DNA from: Fidelibacterota bacterium
GTDB taxonomy: Bacteria > Fidelibacterota > Fidelibacteria > Fidelibacterales > Fidelibacteraceae
Direction: 5' to 3'
DNA length: 32,000 nt
Assembly (NCBI GenBank): GCA_030156395.1
Contig: JASGMP010000003.1
Span: 32,711-64,710, forward strand
Below, piece by piece: positions 8,707 to 16,599 of the stretch. The notes below the pieces were generated by a model. That model made no database searches and had not been told where the DNA came from. It saw only the letters and a program-made list of their open reading frames with translations. Each line of letters begins with the position of its first letter. Position 1 is the stretch's first letter. A program made the translations under genes and the position numbers.

Positions 8707-9201
8707 TCAAAACGTATCCAATAAACGAGGGGAAGCATAGCTAAGCAAATGTCCTTTATGGATATCCGGTTTATCCTGAAAAGAGACCAGAGCGCAATCG
8801 CCGGGACTCATGTGGAATCCCCGAAAAACATCCAGACCGATCAGAACGCTCAAAAGTTGCCCCAGAGTTGGCTGGTGTCCCACAATCCATAAACAGGAAG
8901 GCAAATCCATCCCGGCCAACCATGAAATGATTTCTCCTGCAGAGCCATCCAGAACCAAAGGATCGGTCTGAATCATATCCCGGCTTACGTGGAAAATATT
9001 GCCCACAATCATTGCCGTTTGACGGGTTCGCATCGCCGGGCTGGTAAACATTTTGTCCGGTTTGGGAAACCAGGAATGAATCAGAGGGATAAACTGCAAG
9101 AGTTTTTGGCGTCCTTCTTCCGTTAAATTTCTATCTGAATCGCTATCATGGTGCCTTTCCCGAGGTTCGGCAAGTCCATGACGCATAAGGACGAGATTCA
9201 T
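8707..9201 (-). CDS. sixA: SixA-type phosphohistidine phosphatase (histidine phosphatase superfamily)
   Basis: 164-aa ORF with an N-terminal RHG motif (LVLMRHGLAEP) and a second His in WIVGHQPTL. The size is typical of SixA. Confidence 0.7.
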   Translation of the reverse strand: MNLVLMRHGLAEPRERHHDSDSDRNLTEEGRQKLLQFIPLIHSWFPKPDKMFTSPAMRTRQTAMIVGNIFHVSRDMIQTDPLVLDGSAGEIISWLAGMDLPSCLWIVGHQPTLGQLLSVLIGLDVFRGFHMSPGDCALVSFQDKPDIHKGHLLSYASPRLLDTF

Positions 9202-9262
9202 GGAAAGCCCTGTCGTTTATTGTTAAAGAAATGTAATAACTTTTTATTTTTAAATCGACTGT

Positions 9263-10087
9263 TTACTCGTCACGGATTCCCTGATAATCAGGGGCAATTT
9301 CCCGGAGCGCTGCATCCATCCGTCTTTGGACCTGTTTGGCAAATTTCCGCCTTTCCTCTATCGAAGAATCGTCATAATCGGGAATAATAGGTTCACAGAT
9401 TTTGAATTTCAAATCAATGCTGCGAAAAGTAAGGAGGCGCATGGCATGGGGGATAAATGGTGCACCTCCGTACCATGCGATCAGATCTTTTTGGTCTGGG
9501 GGGACCGGTTTTCCATCGATAGCGATCACGGTACTCACAACAGGAAGCACTGGGGCTTTCAGCCGGTTGGCAGGGACAAACAAGGCGGATTTAAAGCCCT
9601 TTAGATAGGTGCTGTCTGTGGTTGTGCCTTCCGGGAAAAAAATGATGTTAATTCCCTTTTTAAGTTTTTTCATAAGAACTTCGATATAAGTCCCGGATAA
9701 TCCACCTTTTTCCCGGTTTACAAATACAACTCCCCCGATCCGGGCAGCATAACCAAAAACAGGCCAATCGCGGATTTCCGATTTGGAAACAGGAACAGCA
9801 GGGACCACAGACATGGTGCTCAAAGCTTCCACATAGCTGTAATGGTTGGCCACAACCAGATAGCCATTTCGTGAAGGAATGTTTTCCATGCCTTCAACCT
9901 GAATACGGACATCACAGATCCATCGGATCAGGGTGCAAAAGGGTTTGATGATATAAAATATCATTTGATCCCCTTTTGTCCGGCTGAAAAGCGAGATCAC
10001 CCCTTTGAGCAGACCAAAAAAAATAATTGAAAAAAGAAATAAAAGGAGGATGCTGACAATTCTGAAAAATCGGCGAATGGACGTCAT
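9263..10087 (-). CDS. plsC: 1-acyl-sn-glycerol-3-phosphate acyltransferase family protein (PlsC-like)
   Basis: 274-aa ORF with an N-terminal TM. Acyltransferase motif I is VVANHYSYVEA (H-x4-acidic) and motif III is FFPEGTTT. Confidence 0.7.
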   Translation of the reverse strand: MTSIRRFFRIVSILLLFLFSIIFFGLLKGVISLFSRTKGDQMIFYIIKPFCTLIRWICDVRIQVEGMENIPSRNGYLVVANHYSYVEALSTMSVVPAVPVSKSEIRDWPVFGYAARIGGVVFVNREKGGLSGTYIEVLMKKLKKGINIIFFPEGTTTDSTYLKGFKSALFVPANRLKAPVLPVVSTVIAIDGKPVPPDQKDLIAWYGGAPFIPHAMRLLTFRSIDLKFKICEPIIPDYDDSSIEERRKFAKQVQRRMDAALREIAPDYQGIRDE

Positions 10088-10093
10088 GGTAGA

Positions 10094-10531
10094 TTAAATT
10101 CCGGATTCTAATTGGGATTCGATATCATATTTATGCTGTGTTTCTTCTTCAGCAAGCTTCAAAAAAAGATCCCGGGTTGCCGAGCCCACCGGTGCCTGAT
10201 CCGCCAGGATCAGATACAATTCGCGGGCATCATTCTCAAAATCAGCCGCCATCAGTAGGATGTCTTCCGTTGTTAAGTCTTTTAATTTGGATTGAATGTC
10301 CTTTTCGTCACTTAGGTGGAGATCCAGTATTGGGTCGTTCGTCTGATTCAGAAATTCACGAATGTCCAGATTCTCCAGTTTTTCCCGGTGTTCTTCTTCC
10401 ATAGCTTTCATCCTGAGGAGCATTTCGCGGGTACGTGGATTCTCCACAAGATTGGCAAGGCGTTCATAACGGCTGGCGGCCTTTTTTTCCTGGTCAATGG
10501 CAAATTCAATAATTTCTTCTAAGCGGGGCAT
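10094..10531 (-). CDS. Rubrerythrin/ferritin-like di-iron four-helix-bundle protein (no rubredoxin domain)
   Basis: 145-aa ORF with a GAGGAG RBS and two E-x-x-H motifs (AMEEEHRE and AEEETQHKY) in a helical repeat pattern. Confidence 0.65.
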   Translation of the reverse strand: MPRLEEIIEFAIDQEKKAASRYERLANLVENPRTREMLLRMKAMEEEHREKLENLDIREFLNQTNDPILDLHLSDEKDIQSKLKDLTTEDILLMAADFENDARELYLILADQAPVGSATRDLFLKLAEEETQHKYDIESQLESGI

Positions 10532-10553
10532 ATTAATCTCCTCATTACATGAT

Positions 10554-10590
10554 TGTGAAAAAATGCCGGACAGGACACATCCCGTCCGGC
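10554..10590 (-). terminator. Rho-independent terminator closing the rotor-stator operon
   Basis: GC-rich hairpin GCCGGAC-A-GG / acacat / CC-C-GTCCGGC at 10565-10590. On the minus strand it is followed immediately by ATTTTTTTC. It lies about 30 nt downstream of the FliG-like stop at 10622. The plus-strand side has no T-tract, so it acts on the minus strand only. Confidence 0.75.
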
Positions 10591-10621
10591 AATAAATCTC
10601 AATGTATCAGACCGTTTGCTT

Positions 10622-11557
10622 TTATTCCACCATATCCGTATCGAGAAAATCCTCAATATCAAATTTTCCCTCGGCGGCCAGCTGTTTAACGGCTTGAATC
10701 AGTTTGCGCCGTGCACTTTCCACTTTCCGCCGGGGTTGAGGGCCTTCTACATCCTTTATTTCATCTTCCAGCATAATCTGGGTTTTCTGTGGCAAATTTT
10801 CCCGGATATAGGTGACAAATTCTTCGTTCATTCCTTTCAGTGCCAAAGCCAGGTCATTTAGTTCTACACTTTTCAATGCCTCCCGGACCACATCCACAGG
10901 GAGTTTGTCAAAGCTGTCGAAGGGAATGTAATACTTCGCCAGATCCCGGGCCAGTTCCGGATCTTCATGTTGCACATGATTTACAAACTGTTCTTCAAAA
11001 TCCGGTTCCAGTTTACTGAGAATGTCAGCAATCTGTTTGGAGCCCCCTTTATTAAAATGGGCTTTATGGGGAACCAGCCGGGCTTTTTCACGAATATCAT
11101 TCTCAATGTTGATAATCCCTTCATAAGGGATTTTATCTAAGTCATTCATCTGCATCAGAACCCGGGCCCGCTCATCCTCTTCCATATTTTTAATCACATC
11201 CACCTGAATTTCAATACTTAGCTGGCTCAGGACAAGGGCTTTTACCAGCTCACTTTCCGGTTCCAGAAGGTATTTGATTTGATCCGATGACATGGGCTTT
11301 AAAAAATCAAAAAGCACTTTCTGATCTCCATCGCTGACAGCCCGGATTTTTTCAGACATAAGCTGAAAATAATACTCTTCCAAAACCTTTCTTTTCAGGT
11401 CAAACGGCACCTTGATCAGCGTTTCGGCATGGCGGCGCAATTTGTTCAGTTGTGCCTGGGAAAGGTGCCGGAACAGGGAGACGGATAAATTATCTCCCAG
11501 CATTTTATAAATGATAGCGGCCCTGTCCAGATTGGAAAGTTTTTGAGGATCACTCAT
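10622..11557 (-). CDS. fliG: FliG-like rotor/switch protein (N, M and C domains recognisable)
   Basis: 311 aa from the ATG at 11557, with an AAGGAGA RBS and an 8-nt overlap with the upstream stop. The track's longer start at 11656 lies inside the upstream gene. FliG hallmarks seen: N-domain LDRAAIIYKMLGDNLSVSLFRHLSQAQLNKL; M-domain LLEPESELVKALVLSQL (the EHPQ position reads EPES); a GG linker (NKGGSKQIADIL); C-domain EDPELARDL...LALALKGMNEE...NLPQKTQIMLEDEIKDVEGP...AAEGKFDI. Confidence 0.7.
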   Translation of the reverse strand: MSDPQKLSNLDRAAIIYKMLGDNLSVSLFRHLSQAQLNKLRRHAETLIKVPFDLKRKVLEEYYFQLMSEKIRAVSDGDQKVLFDFLKPMSSDQIKYLLEPESELVKALVLSQLSIEIQVDVIKNMEEDERARVLMQMNDLDKIPYEGIINIENDIREKARLVPHKAHFNKGGSKQIADILSKLEPDFEEQFVNHVQHEDPELARDLAKYYIPFDSFDKLPVDVVREALKSVELNDLALALKGMNEEFVTYIRENLPQKTQIMLEDEIKDVEGPQPRRKVESARRKLIQAVKQLAAEGKFDIEDFLDTDMVE

Positions 11558-13106
11558 TTTTCCGTTCTCCTTTATCTTCCGCCTGGTCTGCGGGCGTTTC
11601 ATCTTCTTCCATCCAATCCCGGATAATCTTGCTGGCAGCATCGGGATTGGCGACACTCATGTTGACAATATTTTTTCGGATCCCTTCCAGTTCCGCCTGC
11701 TTTTCAGCCATATCGGACCCCTGATCCGGTTCCCGTTCAAGTTTACTCTCTTTCTTGTTTTCGTGCAGTTCTTTCAGAATCTTTTCCCGGATAGCCTCCT
11801 CGTTGCCGGCTGCCGGCTGCCGGGTCGGTGATTCTTCTTCCTGACGCGCAATTTTTCCACGGTTCAAGATCAAAACAATCAGCACAACCACAGCCGCAAT
11901 CAGCACCGCCAAAAGACCCCAGAACCACCAGGGGATTTGAGCCTTTTGCATACTCATCAATTCTTTTTGCGTTTCAGAAAGAAGAGAGATTTTTTCGGCA
12001 ATGGCTTCTTCCAGCTCTTCTTTTTCCCGAAGCATGCTATCCGATGCCGCCCGGGTGCTTTCACGGTCTTCAACGGCCATCTGCTGAGTTGCCAGCTGAA
12101 GTTTCAATGCGGCGATTTCATCTCGGAGTTCCTGCAAGCGGGTGGTATCACGCCCCAGCATTTCAAGCCGGAGTTTCTGCTCCGTAATCATCTTTTGAGT
12201 TTCCAGATCATCAGCCAAGGACTGCCGGGTATTGAGTTTATCAATGATTTTAAGCAGCATATTTTCTGTCGGTGTGGGTTCACTGCTCCGGGGTGCTTGT
12301 ATCTGCTGTTGTTGTGAGAGACGTTCAATTTGATCCTGAATCTGGCGAATCAGTTCCTGGGTTTCATCGGTTCGTTCCCGTTCTTCACGGGAAGGTTGAT
12401 ACTCTACAGCCCCAGGTACAACACCTGTTTTCACGCCGGCTATCAATTGATCTTCACTGAAGGTCGTTGTCATAATACTCAGCATATCTCCCCGGGAGCG
12501 ATCAAAATGGGAAGCAACCATGGCCACCTGGCGAATAGATTCCACCAGATCGGGATCAATGCCTTCTTTTAGAATGATGCTGATGTCCAGTTTCCGGACT
12601 TTTGGAATCAGGGGAACAGATCGTGCCACAGAACGGCTTTTGAGTCTTTCCGGTTCTATATCCCCCACCCCGGGCAGAACGGCTGTCTGTTCTTCACGAA
12701 TCCGAGATGTATCCGAAGGCAATTCTTCTGTTAGAATATCCATTCCCCGATCACCTATCCGTGTGGGGATACCCGGAAGAATTTCATTGTATTCCTCTTC
12801 GTAGGTCCTCCCACTTTTCTGAGCTTTTTCAGTTTCAGAAGCCGCTTGTGTTGGTCGGCGTCCCGGGGTTGCCGGTTCATATACTTCCTCGACCCGCTGA
12901 TCGGGAACAAAATCCAAATCGGCTTTCACATCAACAATAAAATGATTGTTCCCGAGAATGCGTTCTATCGCCTGGGAAATTTTATTCTGGAGTGCCTGTT
13001 CGAGTTCGAGTTTCTGGGACAGATAATTCGGGGATTGACCACTCAGCATCACTGCTGTTAACAGAATTATTGTCAGAGTTAAAAACATACGATTCCGACA
13101 ATTCAT
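11550..13106 (-). CDS. FliF-like ring protein: TM1, RBM3/collar-like periplasmic domain, long coiled-coil insert, TM2, FliG-binding-like C-terminus
   Basis: 518-aa ORF with an AAGGAGAG RBS. By-eye matches to remembered Salmonella FliF segments: aa 31-78 LELEQALQNKISQAIERILGNNHFIVDVKADLDFVPDQRVEEVYEP (start of RBM3); aa 166-216 KVRKLDISIILKEGIDPDLVESIRQVAMVASHFDRSRGDMLSIMTTTF (end of RBM3, RGD..v....F); aa 476-500 IRKNIVNMSVANPDAASKIIRDWMEED (C-terminal FliG-binding helix region). TM helices lie at about aa 8-22 and 391-415. A Gln/Glu/Leu-rich heptad region spans about aa 240-389. Confidence 0.6.
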   Translation of the reverse strand: MNCRNRMFLTLTIILLTAVMLSGQSPNYLSQKLELEQALQNKISQAIERILGNNHFIVDVKADLDFVPDQRVEEVYEPATPGRRPTQAASETEKAQKSGRTYEEEYNEILPGIPTRIGDRGMDILTEELPSDTSRIREEQTAVLPGVGDIEPERLKSRSVARSVPLIPKVRKLDISIILKEGIDPDLVESIRQVAMVASHFDRSRGDMLSIMTTTFSEDQLIAGVKTGVVPGAVEYQPSREERERTDETQELIRQIQDQIERLSQQQQIQAPRSSEPTPTENMLLKIIDKLNTRQSLADDLETQKMITEQKLRLEMLGRDTTRLQELRDEIAALKLQLATQQMAVEDRESTRAASDSMLREKEELEEAIAEKISLLSETQKELMSMQKAQIPWWFWGLLAVLIAAVVVLIVLILNRGKIARQEEESPTRQPAAGNEEAIREKILKELHENKKESKLEREPDQGSDMAEKQAELEGIRKNIVNMSVANPDAASKIIRDWMEEDETPADQAEDKGERKNE

Positions 13107-13121
13107 TGTAGCTCTCCTTTA

Positions 13122-13781
13122 TTAAGATATTGCCAGGAATGTGATTTCTACCCGGCGGTTCCGGCTTTTGTTTTCCGGACTTGTATTGGGTTTTTTAGGC
13201 CGGGTATGGGCAAAACCGATGGCTCTGAACCTTTGCGGATCAATGCCCTGTGAAATATAATAATTGACGACCTGAGAGGCCCGGGCCGCCGACAATTCCC
13301 AGTTTGACGGATACTTATCCGAATGGATGGGATCACTGTCTGTATGCCCCTCCACCGCAATCTGATAAATGGAATTTTTAATCTTTGGAATAAATTTATC
13401 CAGGATGGGATAGACCTGGGGATTCAGTTCTGCACTGCCCCGAGTAAAGAGAATATCGGCCACAATAGAAATAGTGACCCCTCTGTAAGAATGGGTAACT
13501 TCTACATATTCATTCAGATTCTCTTTGTTGACAATCTCCTTTACATCCTTGTCAATCTGAGCCAGAGAAACCCGCCCGGTTCTTTCAGAAGGTTTGACTC
13601 CCAGCTCCTTTCCCATAGCCTCACTGAACTGTTCAATCTTTACAGGATCAATGGTAGACATGGAAAAAAGCAGGACAAAAAAGGTCATGAGCAGTGTCAT
13701 GATATCCGAATAGGTGACAAGCCACTCTTCCGTATCTGTTTCTTCCGGAGGAAGAGGTGATTTTTTCGTTGTTTCTTCCAT
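13122..13781 (-). CDS. motB: MotB stator subunit (conserved TM Asp, OmpA-like PG-binding domain)
   Basis: 219-aa ORF with a 1-nt TGATG overlap to motA. The TM EWLVTYSDIMTLLMTFFVLLF carries Asp26. The C-terminal domain reads VEGHTDSDP...NWELSAARASQV...NRRVEITF. Confidence 0.85.
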   Translation of the reverse strand: MEETTKKSPLPPEETDTEEWLVTYSDIMTLLMTFFVLLFSMSTIDPVKIEQFSEAMGKELGVKPSERTGRVSLAQIDKDVKEIVNKENLNEYVEVTHSYRGVTISIVADILFTRGSAELNPQVYPILDKFIPKIKNSIYQIAVEGHTDSDPIHSDKYPSNWELSAARASQVVNYYISQGIDPQRFRAIGFAHTRPKKPNTSPENKSRNRRVEITFLAIS

Positions 13782-14575
13782 CAGCTTTTACGTTCTTCTT
13801 CACGGATCCAGTCCCGTGGCGGGAGAAAGGAATTCAATTTTTCCCGGACAATAAGGGGGTGTTTCCGGTGATAGAGAAGACAGATTCCTTCGATAAGCAT
13901 CAATTGCAACATAGATGCTTTCTGAATGCGGGAATCGATTTTAGCGGCAGCCGGATTGAAAAAGAGATTTGCCAGAATGGCTCCATAAAAGGTTGTTACA
14001 ATGGCAGCCCCCATACCTTTTCCAAGCTGCTCGGCCATATCGCCTGAGGCGTCGCTCACACTCATCCCATAGAGCATCACAACCAATCCGATAAGGGTTC
14101 CGATCATTCCAAAGGCAGGAGAGAACTTTCCCATGGTTTTTACCACATTCACTTCCCCTTTTTCACGCTGTTCCCGGTTTACAATTCTCGATGTCAGGAT
14201 TTCCCGGATATCAGCATCACTGTAGCCGTCTATCACAAGCTGGATGCCATCTTTCAAAAAGGGGTGTTTCACCTCTTCAATATGTTTTTCCAGTTCTGCG
14301 GGCCCCCGCCGGGCAAAAGCTGCCAGTTCCGTAATCTGGCGGACCAGCATTTGCATATCCCGCTGTTCTTTTCTAAAGACAATGCCAATAACCTTAAAAA
14401 CGCGGCCTACTTCATGAAGTGGAAAGGCAATCAGAGTAGCGGCCAGGGATCCTCCCAAAACTATGGCAAGTGAGGGCAAGGACCAGAACATCCGGTAATC
14501 CTGAGTAAGCAAGGTAATCCCATAAAAGATCAATCCCAAGCCCATAAAAATCCCTAAGATGCTTGCAAAATCCAT
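13781..14575 (-). CDS. motA: MotA/PomA stator channel subunit
   Basis: 264-aa ORF with an AAGGAG RBS. Cytoplasmic loop LAAFARRGPAELEKHIEEVKHPFLKDGIQLVIDG; TM3 SPAFGMIGTLIGL; TM4 TTFYGAILANLFFNPAAAK. This is the canonical MotA layout. Confidence 0.85.
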   Translation of the reverse strand: MDFASILGIFMGLGLIFYGITLLTQDYRMFWSLPSLAIVLGGSLAATLIAFPLHEVGRVFKVIGIVFRKEQRDMQMLVRQITELAAFARRGPAELEKHIEEVKHPFLKDGIQLVIDGYSDADIREILTSRIVNREQREKGEVNVVKTMGKFSPAFGMIGTLIGLVVMLYGMSVSDASGDMAEQLGKGMGAAIVTTFYGAILANLFFNPAAAKIDSRIQKASMLQLMLIEGICLLYHRKHPLIVREKLNSFLPPRDWIREEERKS

Positions 14576-14584
14576 TCAGTCTCC

Positions 14585-15925
14585 TTAGTTATTGTTCATG
14601 AAGGATCCAGTCCGTGAGCGGGTTTCCTGGAGGACCTTCAGAATATTGCGGACATCATCATATTCCGGGTCGATTTGCAGTGCCAGGTTCCAATTGATAG
14701 TGGCCCTTTGGATATCTCCCATTTTGTAATAAATGGATCCGCGTCGTGCATAAGCCAGAGAAAGGTTGGGATTAAGCTGTATCGCAATATCCACTTCATT
14801 CAGTGCCTGCATATAATCGCCGGCATAAAAATATCGAAGGCTCCGGCTCAAATGTTTCAGAGCCAGATTGATATTTTGCTGCATTACATGTTGCTGAAGC
14901 TTCACCGATTGCAGAGAATCTTCCAAAACGGATTTCTGTTGCCGAAGCTGAGCGATGGTATTATTCAGATCATCTACCGTCTGGACGGAAATCCTCAGGG
15001 AATCCCGGAGCCCCATAATGGTAGCATCCGCTTCTCTGAGCAGGGAATCCAGTTCCGCGCCGTATTCAGTTTCTGATGTTTGTATTCCTGAAGCTCCATC
15101 CATAACGGCTGGTATCCCGCTCTGACGTGGGGTTCGTTCCGGCATCACCCGGGGAATCGCCAGTGTTAGTCCCAGGGAAATGGCCGGTAGATCCTTTTCA
15201 TTGCCCTTCCCAAAATTCGGCAACCACTGCATCTGGGAAATCCCCAGATTCAAACGGTATTCTGCTGTCAGGGGAATTTGCATCCCCAGATTCAGTCCTC
15301 CTCCATCAAATTCACCGATGAGGTTAATGCCACCACGATCTGCCATCATGCCCGTCTTGAACAAAAAACCGGCAAAAACGCCGATGCTTGTCGTCGTATC
15401 ATTACTGGAAAAACCCCGGGAAAATCCCCCGCTTCCCGCACCCATATAGGTATTAAATCCCGTTTCTCCTATCATTTTTTCAGTAGAAATTACAGCAAAA
15501 ACAGAAAAATCCTGATTATCCACCTGCATTTTGCCGTCGATATCCCTCAAGACAAAATCCCAAAGACCCACAGCCATTGAAATATCCCCGTACGCCATGA
15601 CCCGTTTCGTCAGGTGCAACCCATATTCCACATCGGTAGTACTCATGGAAGTAACATCATAGGGTTGAATCACAGAAAGTCCCACATTCAGTGAATTGAT
15701 AATATCCATATCAAAAAAGACACCTTTGGACATACGAAAATCCTCAATCCCATACAGATCTGAAGCGAAGCCGGTGCGGAAAAGGAAAGGAGACTGCTCC
15801 ACAGAACTTGACGGCACCCGCATCATAGATCCTGGTTTCATAAAGGAGACATGTGAGGATGCGTAGGCTGTATGGCCAGATAGTGCTACGCTCAACAGGA
15901 AAAACAGCCATTTTAATTGTTTCAT
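14585..15925 (-). CDS. Exported beta-rich (barrel-like) domain fused to coiled coil and C-terminal TPR repeats
   Basis: Start chosen at the ATG at 15925, which gives the signal peptide MKQLKWLFFLLSVALSGHTAYASS. The track start at 16069 overlaps the upstream gene by 128 nt. About 300 aa are Gly/aromatic-rich strands, followed by a heptad region (LNNTIAQLRQQKSVLEDSLQSVKLQQ) and TPRs (YFYAGDYMQALNEVDIAIQLNPNLSLAYARRGSIYYKMGDIQRATINWNLALQIDPEY). Confidence 0.6.
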   Translation of the reverse strand: MKQLKWLFFLLSVALSGHTAYASSHVSFMKPGSMMRVPSSSVEQSPFLFRTGFASDLYGIEDFRMSKGVFFDMDIINSLNVGLSVIQPYDVTSMSTTDVEYGLHLTKRVMAYGDISMAVGLWDFVLRDIDGKMQVDNQDFSVFAVISTEKMIGETGFNTYMGAGSGGFSRGFSSNDTTTSIGVFAGFLFKTGMMADRGGINLIGEFDGGGLNLGMQIPLTAEYRLNLGISQMQWLPNFGKGNEKDLPAISLGLTLAIPRVMPERTPRQSGIPAVMDGASGIQTSETEYGAELDSLLREADATIMGLRDSLRISVQTVDDLNNTIAQLRQQKSVLEDSLQSVKLQQHVMQQNINLALKHLSRSLRYFYAGDYMQALNEVDIAIQLNPNLSLAYARRGSIYYKMGDIQRATINWNLALQIDPEYDDVRNILKVLQETRSRTGSFMNNN

Positions 15926-15941
15926 TTTTTTATCACTTTTA

Positions 15942-16598
15942 TCACTGACTTTTTTGTAATTCTTTCCGGGCAAGGGCCGAATATCTGGACTCCGGATATG
16001 CCTGAAGATATACCTGAAAATAGTGATTCGATTCGGTTTGTTTCCCGAGATTCCTGAAACTGACGGCAAGCAGGATCAGAGCATTTTCCCGAAAAACCTC
16101 GCTCTCTTCGGAAATCAATTCCTGAAGAAGGACCACTGCCTCATTGTAGTTGTCTTGCCGAAAAGCACATTCCCCCAGCCAATAGAGGGCACTAAGGTTC
16201 AGTTCTTTTTCCTGGGTATTGTCTCTTACCTGCCGCAACAATTCGGCCGCCTTTCCATAGTCTCCGGCCGTAAAATGACGAAGAGCCCGGGCATAAAGCT
16301 GCTGTTCAATAAGGGGAATTCCCGGATCATCCGGCATTTTTTCTGTCATTTGTTGATTCTCTTTCAGGGTTTCTTTTAACTGCTGAACTTCTTGCTCCAG
16401 GTGTTTTATACGCTTCAGCAATGTTTCAAGAGAAACAGATTCACCTGTATCGGATTCGGAAATCTGCTGATAAGCCATAACAGAATCCCGCATGCTGGCC
16501 CGTTCCGGAAAAAGCATATCCATATCCAGCATCGGATCCTGCGAAAACGCAAGAGTAGCAAAACATGTCAAAGAACAGACAAAACATAATAATTTCAT
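15942..16598 (-). CDS. Periplasmic CpoB/YbgF-like protein (signal peptide, coiled coil, TPR)
   Basis: 218-aa ORF. Signal peptide MKLLCFVCSLTCFATLAFSQ, a short coiled coil (LETLLKRIKHLEQEVQQLKETLKE), and YbgF-type TPRs (YARALRHFTAGDYGKAAELLRQV...ALYWLGECAFRQDNYNEAVVLLQELI...YPESRYSALARKEL). Confidence 0.6.
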   Translation of the reverse strand: MKLLCFVCSLTCFATLAFSQDPMLDMDMLFPERASMRDSVMAYQQISESDTGESVSLETLLKRIKHLEQEVQQLKETLKENQQMTEKMPDDPGIPLIEQQLYARALRHFTAGDYGKAAELLRQVRDNTQEKELNLSALYWLGECAFRQDNYNEAVVLLQELISEESEVFRENALILLAVSFRNLGKQTESNHYFQVYLQAYPESRYSALARKELQKSQ

Positions 16599-16599
16599 G

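Noticed and set aside
10622-11656. Longer N-terminal extensions offered by the ORF track (11656, 7004, 16069, 17586, 19898, 20302, 3461).
   Set aside because: The extensions overlap the preceding gene by 59-128 nt, or start at TTG/GTG. Internal ATGs are preceded by AGGAG-like sites, abut the upstream stop, and yield proper signal peptides or conserved N-termini.
13122-14575. Zorya, Tol-Pal (TolQ/TolR) or ExbB/ExbD-TonB identity for the operon's channel pair.
   Set aside because: The A subunit has the four-TM MotA/PomA layout with a large charged cytoplasmic loop. The B subunit has the MotB-type TM plus an OmpA-like domain. No TolA, TolB, TonB or Zor accessory genes are present, and the adjacent genes are FliF-like and FliG-like. 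Only the CpoB-like TPR proteins recall Tol-Pal.
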